Sequence record: MN850609.1
Strand: one strand, 5' to 3'
DNA length: 64,000 bases
DNA from: Escherichia phage dhaeg
In this document: piece by piece, positions 32,592-40,402 of the stretch
How the letters are laid out: each line of letters opens with the position of its first letter
Numbering within the stretch: position 1 is the stretch's first letter
Made by a program: the position numbers and the translations under genes
Notes under the pieces: generated by a model
Database searches by the model: none
What the model was told of the DNA's origin: nothing
The model's input: the letters and a program-made list of their open reading frames with translations, nothing else

Positions 32592-32840
32592 ATGAACAAA
32601 CATCTGAATCACGCTCTTGAACTGCAACGCAACGCTTGGAACAACGGTCACGAAAATTACGGCGCATCTATTGATGTTGAAGCCGAAGCACTGGAAATCC
32701 TGCGTTATTTCAAACATCTTAATCCTGCTCAGGCTGCTCTGGCTGCTGAACTGGAAGCAAAAGATGAACTGAAATATGCTAAGCCTTTGGCTTCAGCAGC
32801 TCGTAAAGCAGTACGTCATTTTATTATTACCCTGAAGTAA
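32592..32840 (+). CDS. rIII: rIII lysis-inhibition accessory protein
   Basis: 82 aa from MNKHLNH; HENYGASIDVEAEALEILRYFKH.NPAQ.AL.AELEAK.ELK.AKPLASAARKAVRHFI.TLK. Confidence 0.85.
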   Translation: MNKHLNHALELQRNAWNNGHENYGASIDVEAEALEILRYFKHLNPAQAALAAELEAKDELKYAKPLASAARKAVRHFIITLK

Positions 32841-33193
32841 AATCGAGGAGCCGTCGAACTGTCTGATTAATGATTTGCGAATCATTATAGTTTTAAGACC
32901 CCGGCAGTTTTACGGTGTACCTCTTGAATGTTATTTTATAGCGGCAAGTGCATGCTACCCCGAGGTGATGGCCAATCGGGAGTACGCCTCAAGGCCTATA
33001 TACCCATCAGTATATATCTTATCCTCGAGAAATCGAACCCGGAACCTTTAAGCTAACGGTGCGCAACAGATAAGAGCTATGATGACGAGGTTTATGGTTA
33101 TCCTGTCGTTAAATATCCGAAACCTATGTTCCCCTTGAGGGCTTGCGCAGGCAACGCCAATAAGTCCTGCATTCTAATTTAAGAGATTTAAAA
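32841..33193 (+). other. ORF-free ~350-nt region with local hairpins (candidate structured RNA, regulatory leader or decayed gene)
   Basis: no ORF of at least 60 aa on either strand in a genome that is otherwise coding almost everywhere; hairpins at 32868-32888 and 32997-33016. Confidence 0.25.
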
Positions 33194-33355
33194 ATGGCTA
33201 AGAAAGAAGTTAAAGTAGTTGACGGAACCTCTAAACGCGCTGGTTACAAGCGTGCGTCTAACAAGCGTATCAATCAGGTAGTTGATAAGCTTCAAGCTCG
33301 TGCTCGTGCAGTATTGCGTGCAGATGCTGCTTGCTTCGGTAAAGTTATTGCATAA
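33194..33355 (+). CDS. small basic protein (53 aa)
   Basis: MAKKEVKVVDG...KRAGYKRASNKR...; followed directly by a strong terminator. Confidence 0.4.
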   Translation: MAKKEVKVVDGTSKRAGYKRASNKRINQVVDKLQARARAVLRADAACFGKVIA

Positions 33356-33360
33356 GTTAT

Positions 33361-33390
33361 GGGACTCTTCGGAGTCCCATTTTTGTTTCT
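33361..33390 (+). terminator. intrinsic terminator
   Basis: gggactCTTCGGagtccc + TTTTTGTTT. Confidence 0.7.
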
Positions 33391-33476
33391 AAATCTTTAA
33401 AAAAGGGTATACATCTCCGGTAGGCATGATACTATAGACATGTACCAAATAATACGAAAACAAACCGGAGAATAAA

Positions 33477-33845
33477 ATGAAAATCAATCTTAACTCATAT
33501 ATCAAATGTAAAGACCACGACGGTTATAAAGCTATTGAAACTAAAGAGATGCAATGGCGCTTGTACAAAGAACAATTTGAATTTGTAGGTTGTATGACTC
33601 CTGAAGGTCCTTCCGATGACTTCTCTTGGAAAATTTTGGTAACAAACTTTTTTACTGGTGATACCTACGAACTGAAAACTATCATAACCGGTAAGATTCG
33701 TTGTAAGACCTATGAAGATGAAGAAACCGGTTATTCTGAAGATGTTACATGGTATCAAAATGGTCGTATAACTGCAGATAACTTGATCGAAAAAATGAAA
33801 GCCAAAGGTGAATTAAATTTAGATAATTGGATTAAAGTTGCATAA
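33477..33845 (+). CDS. hypothetical protein (122 aa)
   Basis: ATG after ggagaataaa SD; leader nearly identical to that of the next gene. Confidence 0.5.
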   Translation: MKINLNSYIKCKDHDGYKAIETKEMQWRLYKEQFEFVGCMTPEGPSDDFSWKILVTNFFTGDTYELKTIITGKIRCKTYEDEETGYSEDVTWYQNGRITADNLIEKMKAKGELNLDNWIKVA

Positions 33846-33848
33846 AAC

Positions 33849-33876
33849 GGTTTACTTTGGTACAGGTTGTGTTATT
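33849..33876 (+). promoter_or_regulatory. early promoter cassette with inverted repeat ggtacaggt/acctgtacc
   Basis: gtttac 33849-33854; tattat 33871-33876. Confidence 0.5.
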
Positions 33877-33919
33877 ATAGACCTGTACCAAATAATACGA
33901 AAACAAACTGGAGAATAAA

Positions 33920-34285
33920 ATGAACTACATCAACTTCGAACGTAAATATGTTTCTAACGGTATCGCTGGTTCTTCTGAAGTTATTTGCCTGTGGAAACAC
34001 AACAACGGCACAGTGTGCGAAATCGAACAGTGCATGACTCCTAACTACGTTTATATGCGCTTTGAAAATGGTATCACGGTTTCAATCACTATGGAAGGTT
34101 CTACTTTTAAAATCGCTTTAGACGATGATTTCCGTCAACGTGATTTAGGTACCCATCCTTGCTGGAACGGCGCTAATCGTAAGCTTCTGGTTAAAACTTG
34201 GATTCGTCATATCCTGAGCAACCGTGCTAAACCTGAACACCTGGAAGCAATCTTTGATGTAGTTCTGAATGAATTTGATATCTAA
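33920..34285 (+). CDS. hypothetical protein (121 aa)
   Basis: ATG after ggagaataaa SD. Confidence 0.5.
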   Translation: MNYINFERKYVSNGIAGSSEVICLWKHNNGTVCEIEQCMTPNYVYMRFENGITVSITMEGSTFKIALDDDFRQRDLGTHPCWNGANRKLLVKTWIRHILSNRAKPEHLEAIFDVVLNEFDI

Positions 34286-34326
34286 TCTTAAAAATGGAGG
34301 CTTCGGCCTCCTTTGAGGAAAATATT

Positions 34327-34614
34327 ATGTTTATGACCACTTATTTCGATACTCGTAAAAATTTCTGTGAAGTTGTTTTCTCTAAGGCAGGTAAAGATGT
34401 TCCTGCTGACAAACAGCCTACTCGTGAATCCATTAAGGCCTATGCTGATGTGGTTTGTCCAGTAGAATTCCGTACAGTCAATGGTCGTGACACCCTAGCA
34501 ATCACTAAGCTCAGCCATGATATTAACATCGACCCTAGCGCTGCCCGCGAAGTCAATACTTCTGACATCTACGGTGGTAATGTTAAATCACATGGATTTC
34601 AGATGAGGTTCTAA
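34327..34614 (+). CDS. hypothetical protein (95 aa)
   Basis: ATG at 34327 after gagga SD; the upstream part of the track ORF is a hairpin (ggaggCTTCGGcctcc). Confidence 0.45.
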   Translation: MFMTTYFDTRKNFCEVVFSKAGKDVPADKQPTRESIKAYADVVCPVEFRTVNGRDTLAITKLSHDINIDPSAAREVNTSDIYGGNVKSHGFQMRF

Positions 34615-34808
34615 TGCAACTATTCTTATCACAAACCGTCCAGTTAAAAGGTGTAGGTATTCCTGGAATGATTTCTAAGGTCTTGCCTGGTTTTAAATTA
34701 GGTAATGCTACTATTAAAGAAGCCTACACCGTCCTGTGGGTCGATGGAACTGAAGACGTTCGTATGGGTTCTGAATTGTCTGTAATCAAATGTTTGAAGC
34801 GAGGATAA
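34614..34808 (+). CDS. hypothetical protein (64 aa)
   Basis: TAATG-coupled ORF. Confidence 0.4.
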   Translation: MQLFLSQTVQLKGVGIPGMISKVLPGFKLGNATIKEAYTVLWVDGTEDVRMGSELSVIKCLKRG

Positions 34809-34809
34809 T

Positions 34810-35025
34810 ATGGTTAAGAAACTGATTCAGAAATTGTTAGGTACGGAAATGGTTGAAGTGACTTATCGTGTGACTGATGTTTCTCCTCATACGGCAGACC
34901 ATTTAGAACCTTATATCATGACAATTAAAATGCCTAAACATGACGGTGGCTTATCCATTGAAGACCGACTACCTGGTTATGGTCATTGGGCTGATGTGGA
35001 GATTATCAGTGTCAAAGATATTTAA
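34810..35025 (+). CDS. hypothetical small protein, tandem paralog 1
   Basis: 71 aa; LxKKLxxxEMVEVTYRV.D.SP ... RLP..G.W....IISVKD shared with next ORF. Confidence 0.55.
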   Translation: MVKKLIQKLLGTEMVEVTYRVTDVSPHTADHLEPYIMTIKMPKHDGGLSIEDRLPGYGHWADVEIISVKDI

Positions 35026-35034
35026 GGAACCTTC

Positions 35035-35247
35035 ATGATTAATAAATTATTTAAAAAGCTGTTTGGTTTGGAAATGGTTGAAGTGACTTATCGTGTTATT
35101 GATTTATCACCGCCATATGCTTGCGATGAAGATGCTATTAAAACTGTTGTTATGCGAAAAACATATCGCGGGCGGTCAATTAAAGAAAGATTACCGGACC
35201 ATGGCATGTGGTATGCAACCAAGATTATAAGTGTCAAAGATGTCTGA
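35035..35247 (+). CDS. hypothetical small protein, tandem paralog 2
   Basis: 70 aa; paralog of 34810..35025. Confidence 0.55.
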   Translation: MINKLFKKLFGLEMVEVTYRVIDLSPPYACDEDAIKTVVMRKTYRGRSIKERLPDHGMWYATKIISVKDV

Positions 35248-35698
35248 GTTAGAGATAAGAAGTAACTTTCCGTGGCCATCATGCGCATTAAGTAACTTTG
35301 CTAAATGGCCTTTCGTTATGGATGGTATCCAATTCGGTGGGCTCGAAGGATTCCTCCAAGGATGTAAGGTGAAAAATGTTGAACAGCAAAGACGTATATT
35401 TAGGATGTCCGGGTTGGACGCGCAAAAAGCTGGACGAGCTTATGCTAGAGCTCAGGACCGTGGCACGTTGTTCTGGCTTGGAACCCCGTTTTCAAGATAT
35501 TCCGAAGCATGGAAAGAGCTTTACGAAAGTGCGTATTTTGAAGCAGCGCTCCAGAACAAAGGATTTCGCGATGCGTTACAAGCCACTAAAGGTAAGGTTT
35601 TAAAGCATTCAATGGCAAGCCACCTAAAAGAATGTGATACAATACTAACTGAAAAAGAGTTTATCGACATCCTAAACAAATTGAGAGATTTATTATGA
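35231..35698 (+). CDS. NADAR/YbiA-like (DUF1768-like) domain protein
   Basis: 155 aa; SNF..WP...DG..F...E.F.Q..K ... R.I....G.....KAGRA pattern resembling E. coli YbiA-family proteins; not verified by search. Confidence 0.5.
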   Translation: MSKMSELEIRSNFPWPSCALSNFAKWPFVMDGIQFGGLEGFLQGCKVKNVEQQRRIFRMSGLDAQKAGRAYARAQDRGTLFWLGTPFSRYSEAWKELYESAYFEAALQNKGFRDALQATKGKVLKHSMASHLKECDTILTEKEFIDILNKLRDLL

Positions 35699-36333
35699 AA
35701 CCAGTTATCTTAACAGATATCGATGGAGTATGTTTAAGTTGGCAGTCCGGCTTGCCTTATTTCGCACAGAAATATAATTTGCCTTTAGAACATATTTTGA
35801 ATATGATTCAGGACGAACGTTTCTTATCTCCAGGCGAACTGTTTAATTGTGACGACGAATTAGGCGCACGTTTAATCGAGAAGTATAACCAGTCAGATTT
35901 TATTCGTTATCTGTCCCCTTACATGGACGCATTAAAACACATCAACAAGCTCAAAAAAGACTTCGATTTTGTAGCCGTGACTGCGCTAGGCGACTCAATT
36001 GATGCCCTGCTGAATAGACAATTCAATTTGAATGCTTTGTTCCCTGGCGCATTCAAGGAGATTCTGATGTGTGGTCATTCAGAATCAAAAGAAGACCTGT
36101 TCATAAGAGCTAAAAATACGTACGGCAAACGTATTAAGTTTTATGTCGATGATTTGGCTCACCACTGTGATGCTGCATCTAATATTCTCATGGATATCCA
36201 AGTTTATTGGTTAGCCCGTGGTGAACGCGACTTTAAACCTAATTTAGCCGTAAAGGTTAATTCATGGGACGATATCGCAGCTATCGAATCCCTTCGTAAT
36301 AATGCAGCAGTTGAATGGATTGCTCGAGGTTAA
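35695..36333 (+). CDS. HAD-superfamily phosphatase / nucleotidase-like
   Basis: 212 aa; N-terminal ILTDIDGV (HAD motif I DxDGx) and C-terminal YVDD; ATGA-coupled to NADAR gene. Confidence 0.55.
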   Translation: MKPVILTDIDGVCLSWQSGLPYFAQKYNLPLEHILNMIQDERFLSPGELFNCDDELGARLIEKYNQSDFIRYLSPYMDALKHINKLKKDFDFVAVTALGDSIDALLNRQFNLNALFPGAFKEILMCGHSESKEDLFIRAKNTYGKRIKFYVDDLAHHCDAASNILMDIQVYWLARGERDFKPNLAVKVNSWDDIAAIESLRNNAAVEWIARG

Positions 36334-36334
36334 T

Positions 36335-36607
36335 ATGTTTGTTGTTCATACAATTTCGGACCATGGCCCTACCACTACAATGGATTATGGTCACGTCAAT
36401 CAGTTCTTTCGTCATCAACCTTTATTTAGGATTGCCAAAGAAAATCCTTTATTTAAAGAATGTGTGGAGCAAGGGTTTATTTACATCAGCAAATACGATG
36501 TAAATATGTTTTCCACAGGCAATAATAGAATGATTACCTACAATAAACGCCTTGACTTGCTGTTAGAAGAAGTGGCGTATAATAGAAATCAATCCGGAAG
36601 AAGGTAA
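36335..36607 (+). CDS. hypothetical protein (90 aa)
   Basis: TAATATG overlap with HAD gene stop. Confidence 0.4.
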   Translation: MFVVHTISDHGPTTTMDYGHVNQFFRHQPLFRIAKENPLFKECVEQGFIYISKYDVNMFSTGNNRMITYNKRLDLLLEEVAYNRNQSGRR

Positions 36608-36610
36608 ATT

Positions 36611-38116
36611 ATGATTTTAGATATTTTGAACGAAATTGCTGCTATCGATTCTACTAAAGCTAAAGAAGCTATTATTGCTCGTGAAAAGGATAACGAGCTT
36701 CTGAAACGTGTTTATCATATGGCTTATACCCGTCGTCTGAACTACGGTATTAAAAAGTGGCCAGAACCTGGATTTACGTCTCAATCCTTTGGTATGATTA
36801 CACTTGAAGACCTTCTTGATTTCGCTGAGTTCACACTAGCAACCCGTAAGATTACAGGTAATGCTGCTATTGAAGAACTTGCTCAAATTATTGCTGATGC
36901 CAAGGGTCCTGACGCTGAGGTATTACGTCGCGTAATGATGCGTGACCTTGAATGTGGTGCATCGATTTCTATTGCCAACAAGGTTTGGAAAGGTTTAATC
37001 CCTGAACAACCTCAAATGTTGGCTAGTTCTTATGACGAAGCTCTAATTAAGAAAAATATTAAATGGCCAGCGTTCGCTCAATTAAAAGCTGACGGTGCTC
37101 GTTGTTTTGCTGAAGTTCGTAACGATGGGGTAACATTCCTTACTCGTGGTGGTAATGAATATCAAGGGCTTACTAAGCTTGCAGCCGAACTTATTAAAAT
37201 GACTGAAGAAGCTCGTCAGCGCCATCCTAATGGTGTTATGATTGACGGCGAATTAGTTTACCATACACCTAAAGTAGAACCTAAAGCATCTAATGATTTG
37301 TTTAGTATGTTTGATGAGGAACTTCCTGAATTAAGTAAGGCTAAGGAATTCCAAACCGTAGCTGATCGTTCTACGTCAAATGGCTTGGCTAATAAAGCCC
37401 TCCAAGGAACTATTACTCCGGCTGAAGCTGATGGTATGGTATTACAGGCATGGGACTTTGTTCCACTGGATGAAGTTTATTCTGAAGGCAAAATTAAAGG
37501 TCAAAAATACGATGTTCGTTTAGCGGCATTAGTACAAATGGCTGAAGGTTTTACACGTGTCGAGCCTATCGAAACGCAATGGGTTAATAATCTTGACGAA
37601 GCTAAAGTCGTTTATAAGAAATATGTCGACCAAGGTCTGGAAGGTATTATCCTTAAGAACATGGACTCCTACTGGGAAAACCGCCGTTCTAAGAATCTTA
37701 TCAAGTTCAAAGAAGTAATTGATATCGCTTTAGAAGTGGTGGGTTATTATGAACACTCGAAGGACCCTAACAAACTTGGTGGTGTCGAGCTAGTATCGCG
37801 GTGTCGTCGAATTACATCCGACTGTGGTTCAGGCTTTAAAGATACTACCCATAAGAAAGATAAATCAGGTAAAAAGGTATTGATTCCATTGGAAGACCGT
37901 CCTGATTTAGACCGTGAACTTCTTATGAAACAAGCTCGTGAAGGTAAGTTGATTGGACGTATTGCTGACTGTGAATGTAATGGTTGGGTTCATTCTAAAG
38001 GACGTACAGATACTGTAGGTATTTTCCTTCCAATTATTAAAGGTTGGCGTTTCGATAAAACAGAAGCTGATACATTTGAAGATGTATTTGGTGATTGGTC
38101 TCAAACTGGACTATAA
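36611..38116 (+). CDS. 30: ATP-dependent DNA ligase
   Basis: 501 aa; MIL.ILNEIA.I.STK.K.AI....KDNELLKRVY, adenylation lysine block AQLKADGARCFAEVR, DGELVY, LEGIILKN match T4 DNA ligase. Confidence 0.97.
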   Translation: MILDILNEIAAIDSTKAKEAIIAREKDNELLKRVYHMAYTRRLNYGIKKWPEPGFTSQSFGMITLEDLLDFAEFTLATRKITGNAAIEELAQIIADAKGPDAEVLRRVMMRDLECGASISIANKVWKGLIPEQPQMLASSYDEALIKKNIKWPAFAQLKADGARCFAEVRNDGVTFLTRGGNEYQGLTKLAAELIKMTEEARQRHPNGVMIDGELVYHTPKVEPKASNDLFSMFDEELPELSKAKEFQTVADRSTSNGLANKALQGTITPAEADGMVLQAWDFVPLDEVYSEGKIKGQKYDVRLAALVQMAEGFTRVEPIETQWVNNLDEAKVVYKKYVDQGLEGIILKNMDSYWENRRSKNLIKFKEVIDIALEVVGYYEHSKDPNKLGGVELVSRCRRITSDCGSGFKDTTHKKDKSGKKVLIPLEDRPDLDRELLMKQAREGKLIGRIADCECNGWVHSKGRTDTVGIFLPIIKGWRFDKTEADTFEDVFGDWSQTGL

Positions 38117-38117
38117 T

Positions 38118-38288
38118 ATGAAAGCTTATTTAGAAACAATTGTTGTAACAAATACAAATACCACCGCGGCCTCTCAAATCATCCTAGAGTTTGAGGATGA
38201 AATAGCTTTTGCCGATTTTAAAGACGTGTTTGATGGCTATGAAAAAGGCCCGACATTCGAAGTATATCGTACGTTGCTACCACTTTAA
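38118..38288 (+). CDS. hypothetical small protein (56 aa)
   Basis: ORF from MKAYLE; followed by terminator. Confidence 0.35.
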   Translation: MKAYLETIVVTNTNTTAASQIILEFEDEIAFADFKDVFDGYEKGPTFEVYRTLLPL

Positions 38289-38305
38289 GGCCTTCGGGCC
38301 TTTTA
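38288..38305 (+). terminator. intrinsic terminator
   Basis: aaggccTTCGggcctttt. Confidence 0.65.
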
Positions 38306-38338
38306 TGGCATAAATACGGTTATTAAAGAGGAATTATT

Positions 38339-40399
38339 ATGACCGAACAATTGAATGAGGTGTTTGAGTCCGAAGGCACCCTGCCTACTGTAAACTTAAA
38401 CCCAAAACTTAAAGTACCGCAGATTTGGAAGATTGGCGACGCCGAATCCCAATTAGTGGCCCGTATGGTATCTTATGCCTCTGAAGGCGATGCTATTAAA
38501 CAGGTTAAATTAGGTGATAAATACGCCCATGTTATCCTTATGAGCCTTTCAGCTAAAGGTTCTCCGGCCGAACTTAAAGGTGGCTTAGGCCCTACTCCTA
38601 TTGATGCTATTAATACCATTTTCGACGTAGTATTCGAACAAGTTAAAAAGCTTCGTATGGATGCTGTGATGTTCCGTTTTCCAACCAAGAAAATGAAAGG
38701 GCAAGGACCTATTGTCCAACGGATTATCCAACGTTTGGTAGCACAGAAAACCGGTGGACGTTTTAAAGTAGTTCCGGCTATGTACCAATTTACCGGTAAA
38801 CATACTTATATCCTAGTAGTTCGTAAACAAGCTGATATCGAAGATATCAAAGGTATGCCTGGAATTAATGCCGAATTGTATACTAAGGTAGATTCTGATG
38901 TTGGTGAAGTTTATATTTCTAAAAAAGAAGGCCTGCAGGTTACTAAAGAAACTGCTATTGCCGGCAGTATTGCTAAAGTTGAAGAACGTCGCACTGATAA
39001 AATGGTTATAACCAAGACTAAGATTTCTCGTCGCGCTATTGCAGCAAGCCAGTCTTTAGAATCCTATCGTAATGAAAGTGAACTGTTTAAGAAATATGAA
39101 GCCACTGCCGCTGATTTTAATAAACCGGCAACAGCTCCATTAATCCCTGATGCCCAAGAAATGGTTACTAATAACAATTCTCCTGCGGCTAAAAATAAGG
39201 TTGCTAATATAGTAGCTGAAGGCACTGCTGAAGAGTTGCATTACGATTATAAAATGTTTCCTCTTCACGGTATAGGTGAAATCCAAGAGAAAATTAAAGA
39301 GAGAATCCTTACGGCCATCAAAAACGAACCTTTGACATCTGTTAAAGCTCTAGAAAAATATGCCTCTGTTATTAATACCGTTTTCGAAGAATACAAAGGT
39401 GAATGGCTGGCTAAGCATAACAAAACTCGTAAAGGTCAGCCTGATGACGTCTGGAATGAATTAACCGAGTCCAAGTGGAAAGCAGCCAAGACCAAGTTCA
39501 TTAAAAAACGTGTGTATAGTTTTGCTGGTGTAGGTGGTGGTATTATGGTTGATATTACTTTAGGTCATAGTGCAGATAAATACACCCCTTCTCAAAAACG
39601 TGGTATTCGTGAATATTGTGGCTCCGGATATGGCGATATCAATAACCTTCTTTTAGGACGATATAATCCTCAGAACTATGAGGTTATGAGCGAAAAAGAT
39701 ATCGAATCTGCAGTTAATAATTTGGATTCTGCTTTTGAAAACGGTGATAGATTACCTGAAGGCATTACTGTTTATCGTGCACAGAGTATGACGTGGGCCA
39801 TATATAATGCTTTAGTCAAAAATAAAGTATTCTATTTTAGAAACTTTGTATCCACTTCACTGACTCCTATTATTTTCGGCCGTTTTGGTGTTACTCATGC
39901 GGGTGTGGGTCTTTTAGAGCCTGAAGTTAGAGCCGAACTTACCGTAGATAAAAATGATGAAGGTTATACTAAGGTCCAAGGTTCCGGCGACAAGTTGGTT
40001 AAAGTTGGTTGGGCTATTGATGGGGCTTCTAAGGTTAACGTAGTATTCCCTGGGCAACTTGGCATTGCTACTGAAGCTGAAATCATTCTCCCGCGTGGAC
40101 TAATGGTAAAAATTAATAAAATAACAGATGCATCCAATAATGACGGTATAATATCCAACAATACAAAACTCATTCAAGCTGAAGTTATGACAACAGATGA
40201 GCTTCAAGAGTCAGTGGTATATGATGGTGATGTACTAATGGAAACTGGTGAATTGGTTGTATACCAAGATGACTTCGATACTTCCGAAAGCCCTGTATCT
40301 TTTGATTCATTTGTTAAATCTACACGGTTTGACGTACTGCCTCTTTTGGCTTCATGCATAGACCTCTATGACATCCCAGAAAAATTCATCCAAGGGTAA
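38339..40399 (+). CDS. alt: Alt-like ADP-ribosyltransferase, paralog 1
   Basis: 686 aa; N-terminal packaging region like T4 Alt (..LP.TNL.PK.K.PQI, MDAVMFRFPTKKMKG); C-terminal R-S-ExE ART signature (VYRAQ, FVSTSL, EAEIILPRG). Confidence 0.85.
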   Translation: MTEQLNEVFESEGTLPTVNLNPKLKVPQIWKIGDAESQLVARMVSYASEGDAIKQVKLGDKYAHVILMSLSAKGSPAELKGGLGPTPIDAINTIFDVVFEQVKKLRMDAVMFRFPTKKMKGQGPIVQRIIQRLVAQKTGGRFKVVPAMYQFTGKHTYILVVRKQADIEDIKGMPGINAELYTKVDSDVGEVYISKKEGLQVTKETAIAGSIAKVEERRTDKMVITKTKISRRAIAASQSLESYRNESELFKKYEATAADFNKPATAPLIPDAQEMVTNNNSPAAKNKVANIVAEGTAEELHYDYKMFPLHGIGEIQEKIKERILTAIKNEPLTSVKALEKYASVINTVFEEYKGEWLAKHNKTRKGQPDDVWNELTESKWKAAKTKFIKKRVYSFAGVGGGIMVDITLGHSADKYTPSQKRGIREYCGSGYGDINNLLLGRYNPQNYEVMSEKDIESAVNNLDSAFENGDRLPEGITVYRAQSMTWAIYNALVKNKVFYFRNFVSTSLTPIIFGRFGVTHAGVGLLEPEVRAELTVDKNDEGYTKVQGSGDKLVKVGWAIDGASKVNVVFPGQLGIATEAEIILPRGLMVKINKITDASNNDGIISNNTKLIQAEVMTTDELQESVVYDGDVLMETGELVVYQDDFDTSESPVSFDSFVKSTRFDVLPLLASCIDLYDIPEKFIQG

Positions 40400-40402
40400 A
40401 TA

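Noticed and set aside
33021-33100. tRNA-like T-loop motif (ggttccgggttcgatt on the minus strand)
   Set aside because: The flanking sequence does not give a complementary T-stem, acceptor stem or anticodon arm when folded by eye; it is probably a chance GTTCGA match. It remains part of the ORF-free candidate RNA region.
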